Shown: one piece after another, positions 14,758-25,982 of the stretch
Position numbering within the stretch: position 1 is the stretch's first letter
Layout: every line of letters starts with the position of its first letter
Assembly: GCA_025201805.1 (NCBI GenBank)
Contig: MU619299.1
Location: 96,200 to 160,199, forward strand
Length of the DNA: 64,000 nucleotides
Direction of reading: 5' to 3'
Origin: Parasitella parasitica NRRL 2501
Taxonomy: Eukaryota; Fungi; Mucoromycota
Position numbers and translations under genes: made by a program
The notes under the pieces: generated by a model
Databases searched by the model: none
What the model saw: only the letters and a program-made list of their open reading frames with translations
What the model was told of the DNA's origin: nothing

Positions 14758-17311
14758 GAATTATGAGATTGCCTTCACTTACTGCCGTATCTGTCTTTTT
14801 CGCAAAAGGGTTGTATATAAATGGATCGCTGGGATCTGCTGACAGAATTTCTGGTGCATTAACAACTGCTTCATTTTTAATGGGATGAGCATAAACAGCT
14901 TTTCTAGATATAGGCTTCTTTGCCTCTATCCGAGATACAATGTTGACGCCCCAATAATTGATCGATTCGGAGCCACAGACTAGCGATGATTGCTTTTTAT
15001 CTCTGTTTGTGTTGGCTACCATCCCTTGTATTGTAGTAGCCAGTTTAATCTGCTCTGCTTTGGGAATGTACTGGTACAAGTTCTTTAGCAGAACAGTAGT
15101 GTAATACAGTCGAGACGCATTGTCGACCAAAGCATCGGATACTGAGATGCATTGTTCTAGAATGACTATCTGCAATTCAGGCCATCCAAAACGGTTTTCC
15201 TTTGGCCGTATATTTCCCTTGGACCTAGATGGCGTCTGGTTTGAAAATAGTTCTTGATCCTCCTGACGCATTGCTTCCAAGGCACCTCCGTCATGCACAT
15301 TGCGCTCGCCTATGCCATATATTTCGCATATTCTCTTTAGTATTTCCAAAACGCCATTATCGTGCACTGTTGAAAGTTTTCCCATGTCTTTGGGTAATCC
15401 TGATCTACGGTGTTGTAATAGCAATGGCAGCATCTTGTCAACTCCTTCGTGCATAAGCCAAGCTGCCTTTCGATGATATCCGATAAACGTGTATATTGAA
15501 GACATTGCTGTCGTAACATAGATCTAAAAAGGCGTTTGGGTGAGCCTCGAATTGACAGGAAGTGCGGCAACACGCTCAAATACCTGATCTAATAAACCCA
15601 ATTCGCTGATGTGAATCCTCCGTATTTTGGTAACCCATTCTGCAATACGGTGCCTTGATATGCCACTGCCTTTGTACCGAACCATATTACTTGTGGATAA
15701 AAAACAAAAGTTTTCGCCCTTCTTCTTTCGCAATTCGTCATCGTCGTTTTCGCCAAGCTTGCCCTGCACCAGCAAAGCCATGGTTTGATCGTTCCATCCT
15801 TGATTTAAAAACGCAGTGCTGAGGAGCCGAGCAATTTTCAAACAAGCTTCCGCGTAAACTAAATCTGGCACAGAAAAATTAGCTGCCAATGATGTATGCT
15901 GATAGTGTTTAATAATGGCTGTGTACTGATCTATTATTGCGGCTATTGTAGATTGAGATCCTCTAATGTCAGGATGGGAAGACGGAGAAGAAGATTCGCT
16001 GTTGGATTGAGAGGTTGCGCCAGGTGTTGTAGGGTCTGGGGAAACCGGGTTTCTCGCGATGATATGGCCAATGTCTGCTTGAAGGTATTCTAATAAAATA
16101 GTCGCACACACTAATCCTTCCATAGCACTTGCTAACCAGAGGAAATCTGATGTTATTTTGGCCATTTCTATTGCCTGGTCATAACTAGAATCAAAATCAG
16201 TAGGTACGATCTGGACAAATGAAAGAAAAGATACTTTACTGAGATACAGCATCGGGCAATCGACCTGCCAGCAAGTAAAAATCACCCAGCAACTTTCTAA
16301 TCCTTCCAGGCGTCCGTTTCCTGGTCCTTGCACTTTCGCCCGTAGATCCTGTGGAGTTCAATGTGCTTGTAGAGTACCGATGATGCTTTGTTGACACTGA
16401 CTGAGGCTGTAATTGGTGATGAGGCTGTAGCGACGATCGTTTGTTGGCTACATTACTCGAGCTACTTGGCGATGTTGCCAGTGGGGGCTGTGAAAATCGT
16501 TGCTGATCCCTTCTCAAGGGGACATGAATATTGGTTGGACCTGGTGATTCTAATGTGTCCAGTTTCTGTATGCGAGTAGCTAGTATGGCAAACTGCTCAA
16601 GTATCTCGCTGGCAAAGTCGCAAATCATGGTGCTCATGTAGAAAGACATGTTTCCGACGTTTGGTATCATTATCAAGCCCTTTGTATCGTCTTCTTGCGA
16701 TTCTGAAGGGTCAAATGCAAAGCATCTAGTCGCAACTGCTGTTGGGTACTATAAAAGGAGCCTCAAATGTTTAAGGCTGTACGCAACTCGGTACCAACTT
16801 TAGTGTGTATACGTACCTGATCAAGGCCTTGGGAGAATTGCTTGAAGCCTTCACTGAGATTCTTGTTTTTCCATTCTTGACAGTCCATAATGCCAATGAC
16901 CTGCGGTTCACGATTAGTCGATACTGCAAGCGGTTTGGTTTATAATTAACTACTAACGCCGAAAATACGACGGTGTGGTTGGAAATCCTCCAATTCAGCA
17001 TGTTCTCGAGTCCAATGTGTTATGAACTGGAAGTGCATCTGCCCCTCTTGAAATACTTGGCTGCTAAACATGGCTTGAGCACATTTTTTTTTTTTTTTGT
17101 TTTTTTTAGTACAGGTTACACATTTAATGCATTGTCTTCATGTACCATTGGCGCCTTTTTTCAAGTCTGGAGTAACATCACCAAGTCGAACCAGGTTGAA
17201 CGTTTTCACCAATTCGACATACTTGTAGAATGTTGATTTCTTGATAGGTGATACTGGAACAAGTAATACGCGCACCCTGCAACTAGAAGTAACATCTATA
17301 GCCAGATCCAT
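12225..17311 (-). CDS. TRS120: TRAPP II complex subunit Trs120/TRAPPC9 (multi-exon)
   Basis: N-terminal RVRVLLVPVSPIK, GRIRKLLGDFYLLAGR, IGYHRKAA, FGWPELQ, DPFIYNPF and NPFGFDLEL are Trs120 family motifs. Confidence 0.92.
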
Positions 17312-17482
17312 TCGTATTTGCAGACGGTATGGGATTTAAGTGGAAAAAAGATGATGATAATTCCACAATATTAAAACTCGCGATTTATAATACATATCGA
17401 TGCTCCCAGTTAGTGACGACACGCATTCATTCGTCGAGTGAGTTGCATAAGACGCATTCGTGTAACGGACAAAGTAACACAC

Positions 17483-17589
17483 TAGCGGGCGAGCAGCTCT
17501 TGCTGCTGTGGCAACTCTGCTGGTAGATCAGGCAGACTAGACAGGTTTTATCTAGTGGTTTGGGTAGTTCTAGCAGGCCTCGCCCTCTA
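17483..17589 (+). ncRNA. Candidate structured RNA element (three-way junction), family unknown
   Basis: Hand-folded: 17483-17493/17579-17589 helix, cagc-tctt-gctg hairpin and a long hairpin 17517-17576 with several G-U pairs. It is a GC-rich island in AT-rich intergenic DNA. Confidence 0.35.
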
Positions 17590-18415
17590 ACAGCCACCAT
17601 GGCCAAAAATGCTTGCCTATATTGTGGCAAGCAAAATTCCTACCAGGATAAGACTAAAGCATGTCAGCATGTTCCATTGCAAACGCAACATTATTTACAA
17701 AGTCTCTAAAAGTGAAAAAANNNNNNNNNNNNNNNNNNNNAAAAAAAAAAAAAAAAAAAAAAGCAAACTGTACAATAATGCTATAATAGATATGCTTTCC
17801 ATGCTATCAGACTATTGAGTCTCACTTGTACAAGCACTGTTTGAAATCTACAGCGCTGGGCTTATGTGGATATAAACATGAAACATGGTACGCATTTCCT
17901 CTGCTACACAATTCGCTATATCACTTTATTGCACCTTTCACATCAAGTAAAATGTTCTTGAAACATACAGGCTCAATCACATTTTGTCTCTGCGCTAACT
18001 GAATGCCCAACTTGAAAATTGTTTATTACACCATCCAGTTGTATTATGTGGTAAGTCGGATGGAAGGGGAGCAAAACTATAAATACGTTGATTGCATTAC
18101 TATCGATTCATCTAAAAAGACTCGTTTGAGGCAGCCATCAGGTATTGGTCCTGAATCGTCAGGAAGCCGCTCGTTATTAACCCTTTCACAGCACAATATT
18201 TCACCAATGTGATGCAACTTATGATATTCTAATTATGACAAGAATATTTTTAGTAAATTCCTATTTGTACTCCATTCTTTACATTTACTGTATGTTTTAA
18301 ACATTTTAAATTTTGAAGGAAAGAGTGCAGGTGAAACAGTGTCACACGAAACAAAACTGCCAAACAAGCAATGCCATGTTGTATAGCTTCTACTCTTCTT
18401 GAACATTTGCACGAC

Positions 18416-19434
18416 ATGTCAAATCATGTGTTTTTGTTTATAGTTCTATTTTGCACAATTGCCTTGTCTGTGGCGTCCGTGGGAGATGAGCAGCCTTCAT
18501 ATAACCATTGCGTAGACGAATGTACCCAGACAACATGTCCTGCGACCTTGAGCTTTTCATTGCGATTGTTCAAATGGTCATGTAAGTATATGTATGTTGG
18601 CAGAGGCACATCCATATTAATCTGCAGTACCTGCATGTAGGCGCTGAAAATTGCAGATATATCTGCATGCAAGCAGTTACAGATAGAGCTATAGAAGAAA
18701 GCTCGCCTATCTATCAATACCACGGAAAATGGCCGTTTTACAGATGTTTTGGCATCCAAGAACCTGCATCTGTCATATTTTCTATAGGCAATGGGCTTGT
18801 CCATGCCTATTATTTCCGTCGAATCCAAAAGCAAGTTTCTTCAAACACCTTTTTCAAAGGGTTCATGCTATTATACACCGTCATTGGCATGAATGCGTGG
18901 CTGTGGAGCACCGTATTTCATTCGAGAGACACCAAATTTACAGAGCTGATGGATTATTTTTCAGCTGGGCTCTTGGTTCTGTACAGTTTGTATTATGCCA
19001 TCATAAGGGTCTACGGATTGACCCGTAATTTCTTCATTCAAGCATTGGGTGTCCTATTTATCTGTCTGTTTGTTGCCCATGTTGGCTACTTGACCATTGT
19101 TACATTTGACTATGTATATAACATGTGTGCCAACGTTGCAATAGGTGGCTGCCAGATTACTGTTTGGTTGGGATGGTTTCTGGTGCAAAACATGCAACGA
19201 ACTGTAGCAAGATCGTATGCCCATCTTGCAGTTATTTCCGGGATTGGGGTTTCTCTCGCAATGTGCCTTGAGCTGTTTGATTTCCCCCCTCTTTTTCGAG
19301 TATTTGATGCTCATAGTCTATGGCATTTGGCTACAATACCACTATCTATTGTGTGGTATAAATTTTTGGTTGCAGATGCAAGGCATGAAGCCAACACTAG
19401 ATTATACACAGCAGTGAAACTGTTGCCTGCTTAA
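18416..19434 (+). CDS. PER1: GPI remodelling protein Per1/PGAP3
   Basis: Signal peptide, ASVGD, intron 18582-18640, QYHGKWPF, QEPASV, NAWLWSTVFHSRD, DYFSA and DAHSLWH motifs. Confidence 0.95.
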
Positions 19435-19580
19435 ATGTTTCAACATTCTACACAACATTGTATGCACGCAAACAATAACAAACACTTTTACACGTAATAA
19501 AGCGTATCGTAATCATATAGCAACCATTTATTTTTAAATATTGAATTTCAAGATTCTTAACAAAAAATGCTACAGTACAA

Positions 19581-19611
<31 letters not shown>

Positions 19612-19663
19612 TAATGGTTAGTTTAAACCATGGTAAGAATTGATATCAGTTCGTGGTATTTTT

Positions 19664-20448
19664 TTAAGCGTGGGGGCCGCCTGTAGCGCGACTGCCGGCA
19701 CCAGTGCCGTCTCTGTAAAGTTGTTGATCCCACAAATAGACGCCAAGACCTTCACCAACACGATTGAGTTGAGTGACCATATCAGCCAATTTCTTGATCG
19801 CTTCAACTTGTTCAGCCAAATAGGTGCTTTCAATAAAGTCGCACATTTGAGGGTCACCTTGACTATCAGCGATCTTGTGCAAGTTCAAAAGAGACTTGTT
19901 GACATCTAGTTTTTAACTGTTAATTGCTTGGCTAGAAGCTAGTACTTGTTTGTATATTGTTACCCTTTTCAAGTTGAAGAGCAGACTCGACAGCATTTTT
20001 AGCAGATTTCCAATCGGTTTCAGGCGCTTGCAAAGCACGTAAAACAACTCTGCCACCTCTTGTATTGATGTAGTCTAGAGTATTTAGTTAGCAAAAAAAA
20101 AAAAAAAATGCTATGATATTTGCTGAGGATACTAACCAATTAATTGTTGGGCGTGCTCTCTTTCCTGGCAACGATAACAATTGAATTGAATAAGGTTGTC
20201 ATGACAGCAACCTACAAGTTACTTACCTCATGGGCGGATTCGCGAAAGTACTTTTCCAAACCTATTACTTCATGTCAGATTACCTTTCAAGTATAAACGA
20301 GGAAATAGTTACCAGGTAAAGCCACAGAAGAGTGTTGGGCCCATGCAGCCATGGACAAGTAAACCTGAGATGCTTGCAGCTCGGTGTTAACTTGTTGATT
20401 CAAGGCTTCTTCAGATTGGCTAGCGAAATTTTGCTTGGCAAGAGACAT
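19664..20448 (-). CDS. Ferritin, H-type (multi-exon)
   Basis: MSLAKQNF...NQQVNTELQASQVYLSM...EEREHAQQLIDY...RGG...ALQLEK...DPQMCDFIE..YLAEQVEAIKKL; the ferroxidase ligands are present. Confidence 0.93.
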
Positions 20449-20815
20449 GTTTGACTAGGGTGAGTTTGACAAATTGGTGTAATGTAAGAAAGTTTGTAAG
20501 GNNNNNNNNNNAAAAAAAAAAAAAAAAAAAAAATTAGATTGGAAGGATTTTCAGGTATTTATGGGCGTTTCAACATTTGTTTGATTGGCACCTATACGAC
20601 TACCTACCAGTACTATCGAAAGGGACAGGTTTTCCTGAACCACATGTAAGAAGAGCAACGCATTGGTCTCACAATTATCATCAAACAAGGAAGGAGGCCT
20701 ATCTCGGGTAGCAGTTCCGTGTACATGTCAAATCGAGAGTCGAGTAACACACACACTGACAAAACAAACACTTATGCAAAACGTGTCGCTTTTTATTATA
20801 CTACTACTATATGGG

Positions 20816-22408
20816 CTACTTGGTAAAGCTGTTGATAACGCGCTTCATGTTGTCTAATCCCAACTTGAGCTGATCGAGGGGTGGGCCAAAACTCAGTCTT
20901 ACGAAATGGTGGCAGGGAGACTCGAATAGCTCACGGCGATGAGACGGCTGCGTATGTATGATGAAAAAAAAAAAAAGTGTTTGTGTGAGTAAAAACAATA
21001 GTGTGGGAGAACAACAAACAACAGCTTACATTCACATCGAAAAAGATGCCCGGCACAACAATAACCTTCTCTTTAAGACACTCTTCGAAAAAGTTGAGAC
21101 CAATATTGATGGGTTCTGGTAGATGAGAGAGATCCAGCCAAATGTAGAATGTCGCATTGGGTGGCACTTTGACTTCAAGTCCCATTTCCTTTAGTCGTTT
21201 AAGCACATAGTCGCGTTTGGCTTTAAAGTGATGTTGGAGGGCTTTGGCCTCGTTCTTGAACTTTTTGGGGTCCAAGAAGGGGATGGCTGCTAGCTGAAGT
21301 GGATGGTTGGCGCCGCCTTCCAAAAACGACCCTGCGCTTTCCATAGACGAAATAACGGCCTTTGGCCCCACAATCCAGCACACACGCCAGCCAGGCATGC
21401 GAAAGTTCTTGGTCAGCCCATCAATCAAGATGACGGGGTCTTCATTTACATCACCTACAAATTGAGACACGCTGACAGTTTTTCCTGGCTCTTGGTCGTA
21501 GATGTAGGAAGAGTAGAACTCATCCAAAACCAAGGTCGTGTGTCGTTCTTTGGCCACTTGGACCAATTCCTCCAGTTCGTCATCTTGAATCACTTGTCCT
21601 GTGGGATTGCGAGGGTTTGAAGCAACAATAACGCCGAGGCCTCTTCCTGAAATTTCTTTGCGAATTGTCTCAGAGTCAATGTGATAGCGCGAGTCCTCTT
21701 CCAATGTCGTGGGGATAGGCACAAAGCGTTTAAAGACGGATAGCATTTGCTCGTACGCGGTATATTCAGGAAGAAAATACCCCACATTAACGTCGCCAAT
21801 CGCTGCTGCCACACGAGTCAACCCAGCACGACCACCAGGGACAATACAGACATTTTCATGCGTGTACTTGGAATCCTTTTCTTTTCGATAAACCTCATTG
21901 TACAGGCGAGCTACGGCTTTTCTTAGTTCAGTAATACCACTGGTAGGCGCATACTCGTACGAATCTGACGGAAGATCGATCTGTGAGGGTCTTTCAAAAC
22001 AGCCGTCGATTGGACCAACTGCCTGTCTATCAGCCAGTGATTCATCGCTATTACACACACAACTTACCTTCGGGGGCTCCTTGGCCAAAATTGGCCCAGT
22101 TCTCACTTGCATAAGTATAGCCATTCTTCATGGCACGATCCATGACATAAATCACGCCTGTAGATCCTGGATGCTCAATGCCATGAATGGTGCCTTCGTT
22201 CTGCGCTCTGGTCGCTTTGTTTTCATTTCCCGGATAACTCCTTAGAGTCTGATGTGCTTGTGATTCGTGTTCTCTTTGACTAAATGTATTGTGTAGTTAA
22301 TATAAATACTGTTTATCTGCTCATTCAAACTTACAATTTATTTTTAACTTGCATAGCAATGTCGCGAAAATGATAGCGAGGCCTTTTGCGCTCTGGACTG
22401 GTAGACAT
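20816..22408 (-). CDS. PLP-dependent aminotransferase class I/II
   Basis: ANFGQGAPE, YAPTSGITELRKAVA, SNPRNPTG, DEFY, GLTKNFRMPGWR (PLP lysine) and FVRLSFG; spliced. Confidence 0.9.
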
Positions 22409-22914
22409 TGTTTTACTAGTTGTATAGAGAAAGAAAGATGAGCGGAATAATGCTATAATATTTCGCAATTCAACATGGCTTTTAGTCAATAGAGTTTTAT
22501 TCGACGGTTTCACGATGATCGTATACTATCGTCATATTGATTTGCCAAGTTGGTCCAGGTAGATTTAAAGCGCACAAACAAGCCTCCCAGCTTGTCACTT
22601 TTTGACTGAAGGTGCTTGTATTATCCATCTTTGTTACATCCGTGATTGACGTTCTCACACGATCAAAAAAACGTTGATTTATTCCTGAATAAACAAATGT
22701 CTTTATTCTATATCCGAGAAAACATACGAGATAAATCTTTCCGCCCCCCCCCCTAATTTGGCCTCCAAATGCCCAATATCTGGTGTTATTATTGTACAGA
22801 ATCCTCATTATCGCCATCAATTACAAAACTATTTTTTCAAGAATAAAGCTTCATCAACATCCTTCAACGTGAAGCTTGTATATGTTGAAGTGTTCAAACT
22901 GAAATAAAGGTTAT

Positions 22915-22989
22915 GCGGTAGTTAAAAGCTGTTCGGAGCCTAGCGAAAGCGATATAGCTTGGCAATCAAAAGTTTGGGTTGCATCCCGT
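22915..22989 (+). ncRNA. Candidate structured element upstream of or within the 5' region of RPS25
   Basis: gcgg/ccgt closing helix, tagt-taaaa-gctg hairpin, gc-gaaa-gc tetraloop and a G-U-rich hairpin 22951-22985. Confidence 0.2.
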
Positions 22990-23015
22990 TTTGAAATCTT
23001 CCTCAATACATCTAA

Positions 23016-23702
23016 ATGGTAATGTAGACAAAGCCCCCTCCCCATAGTAAATATCCAAGCAAAATCATGAGAAACAGTACCATGTTGTAATATAGAAGAA
23101 TGGATGGATGAATGAATGAATGGATGGATGGGTGTGATTAATCGGCAATATTGGAGAAATGTTGACCATGATTTTCTTGATCAAATGTGGGATTGACCGG
23201 ATGTCTTGATGTGTTAATTAATCGCTTCCGTCAAATAGGCCAAGAAAGACGTTGCCGGTAAGCCTACCTCCTCCTCAGGTGGAAAGAAGGCCAAAAAGGC
23301 AAGTAGATTCAGATTTAATTCAGCAATTAGTATTCACATGGCAGCACATGTTTTTAGAAGTGGTCTGCCAAGAAGGTCAAGGACAAGTCCAACAACATGG
23401 TTATTCTCGACAAGCCCACCTATGATCGTTTGTTCAAGGAAGTTCCTACCTACAAGCTCATCTCTCAATCTGTCTTGGTTGATCGTCTCAAGCTGAACGG
23501 GTCTTTGGCCCGTATTGCAATCCGTGAACTCGAAAACCAAGGTTTGATCAAGGCCATCTCTCGTCACCACTCTCAAGTTATCTACAGTAAGTAATTTAAA
23601 TTTTGAAATATCACGGTTGAGAATCTAACGGTTGAGATTTGCACCTTAGCCCGTGCCACTGGTGATGATAAGCCTGCCAAGGTTGTCGAGGCTTCTGAAT
23701 AA
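23016..23702 (+). CDS. RPS25: 40S ribosomal protein S25 (eS25)
   Basis: ATG then intron 23019-23238, AKKD...GGKKAKK, GC-AG intron 23299-23357, KWSAKKVKDK...LDKPTYDRLFKEVPTYKLI...IYTRAT. The start codon assignment is tentative. Confidence 0.93.
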
Positions 23703-23926
23703 ACTTTGTATGCATTTTATAAATAAAGCGATGATTCTATGTAATATCTTGAGTTATTGCGACAGATTCCAGAACGCATGACATGGATGGTGATGATGGC
23801 TCATTCTTTAAATCCCGCGATAAGTAGCGTGCTTGGGGGGGGGGGGCAGCAGTTCAATTTCTCTTTTCTTTGCATCTTTCTTCAAACTGTTTGTAATATC
23901 ATCTTAAAAAGAAATATTTATTCATC

Positions 23927-25982
23927 ATGTCGACTCCTGTACCAGGAGACAAATTCATAAAGACACTGCGAAATTACTTGGAAGCAAACGAGGCTCGCTT
24001 ACTACCTCTTCAACCAAGTTTTCAACCGCAACAAGCAGCAGTTATTAAAGAAGAAGCGCCTACCACACCACAAGAAAATGGAATATTCAAAGCAGTGTCT
24101 TCGCTGTGGAATAGCAAGAATAACGGCTCGTCTTCGGCGGCGCGTTCAACTGCTTCTACCAGCGACAATAAAAGTACAGCAGCAATGAGCAGACCTAGTT
24201 CTTTATACGGCATCCCTATCCCTTATATGTCTCTGTTAGCTGCTGCCACATCGACGTCTTATATACCTTATATGCCACCACGTTCTAGTTTGACTTTGGA
24301 CATACACTATCTGTATTTCTTATTAGTACAGTTTGAATATTTGGGCTTGCAAGACTCACATTTACCTGTGCCAGAACATGGCCTCGTTGAGACTGAAACA
24401 ACTATGGATAATGGCGGTAGCAAAGCACCCTCAATTTCCTCTGTAGGCTCAGTCATGTCTACACTATCGCTGTCAACTGGGTGGCAATTCTGGTCTTCTA
24501 ATCAGCATCAAAAGCAAGATCGGCCCTTGCATGAGGACATCGTATACATCCATAGATATTTGTCTAAAGTCACTGCCCTCAAGTTACAAATGAATCTTTT
24601 GATTGATACCCAACATGGTGTAACCAAAAGCAGCCAGCGCACAATCCGTGGATATGAAACACCTTTACCACAAGATGGCTCAATAGCGCTCCCATTAAAG
24701 TGCTTCAAAAACCTCAAATTTTTAGAGTTGTCTAATATCAAACCTTGCTGCATAGACGACTGGCCTGATTTTTGCACATCATTGACGAGTTTAGTCATCA
24801 AAACAGGAAATATAGACAATGCAGTGGATATTATTGGCACAGAATCACCTTGGTCGGAACTCAAGATGCTATCTTTACAGGATAATAGCCTTACAACTCT
24901 AGAAAGCGAACCTGCTCAATTAATAACGTCTGTTACCCATTTGAATTTATCGAGCAATTTACTCATCGACATCCCCGCTGCGTTGGCTTCATTGTATAAC
25001 CTGTCTAGTTTGAATCTATCACACAACATGATATCATTTACAACAGGCATCAACACTGTATTAGGAAATATCCAGGAATTGAATTTAAGGGGCAATCGAT
25101 TAAAAGTGTTGGCCGGTTTGGATCGGCTATGGGCATTAGAAAGATTGGATGTGCGCGATAATCGTATCGACGAGGCTGCTGAAGTTGGAAGGTTAACTGC
25201 TTTGCCAAACATAACCGATATTTGGGTCCTGGGAAACCCATTTACAATTCTACAGGTAATTCTACCATAGAACCAGCAGTTGACTAGACATTTAACATAC
25301 TTTGAAGCCCGACTATAGAGTTGAGATGTTTTCAGTGTTCAAAAAGAATGATTTAGATATTGAATTGGACGGTACAAAACCAACGTTTACAGAACGGCGC
25401 CGCATACAATCAGCTTCGGATAATAAGGACAAATCTTCAACAATATCAGCTACCATAGCAACGACTGAACCTGCTGCTACTGTCAAAAAATGGCCAACAC
25501 CACAATCACAACAACTACAGCAGGAAAGAGATGGCGAGAGCGTTACCAGCCAGCGTACAGCACCTGTAGCTACCAATAAAAAACTTGCTCGAGCAAAGTC
25601 AAAGGGAAATAAACGTCAGATTCGCCTAGGCCAAGCTGCTATAGAAGAAGATATACCTATTCCCGCTGCTGCTGCTGCTTCTATGGCTGCAGAGGAAGAA
25701 AATAATAAAAAACACGTGCATCGATTAGCAGATTTAGAAGAGACTGTTCAACAGGAGCAAGTACGAGCCAGAAGAGCCGCATCTGTGCGTTCTCGTCGTA
25801 GTAAAAAAGGAGCGTCAGCAGAAGAGAAAGCTGCTATTGCTGCTGCTGCTGCTCTTTCTGGGGAGTCTACAAAAAAGTCATCAGATGCTTTTAAAAAGAA
25901 GATCCAGGCTATACGAAAAGAAGCTGGAACAGAATGGCTTCGGGTTTTACAAGAAATGGATGTTGTGAAAAAAACGTCTTAA
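23927..25982 (+). CDS. Leucine-rich-repeat protein (nischarin/STK11IP-like fungal LRR)
   Basis: Tandem LxxLxLxxNxL repeats, LRR cap (GNP...YR) and a C-terminal FKKKIQAIRKEAGTEWL helix; one intron near 25256-25307. Confidence 0.7.

Noticed and set aside
17400-17700. Assignment of the structured region to SRP, U3, U11/U12, snR30 or telomerase RNA
   Set aside because: Only isolated short motif matches; the required conserved boxes or template are missing.
22934-22952. ggagcctagcgaaagcga resembles a bacterial 23S rRNA segment, and the adjacent bases resemble 5S box A
   Set aside because: Match is too short and the flanks do not continue it; not an rRNA gene or NUMT.
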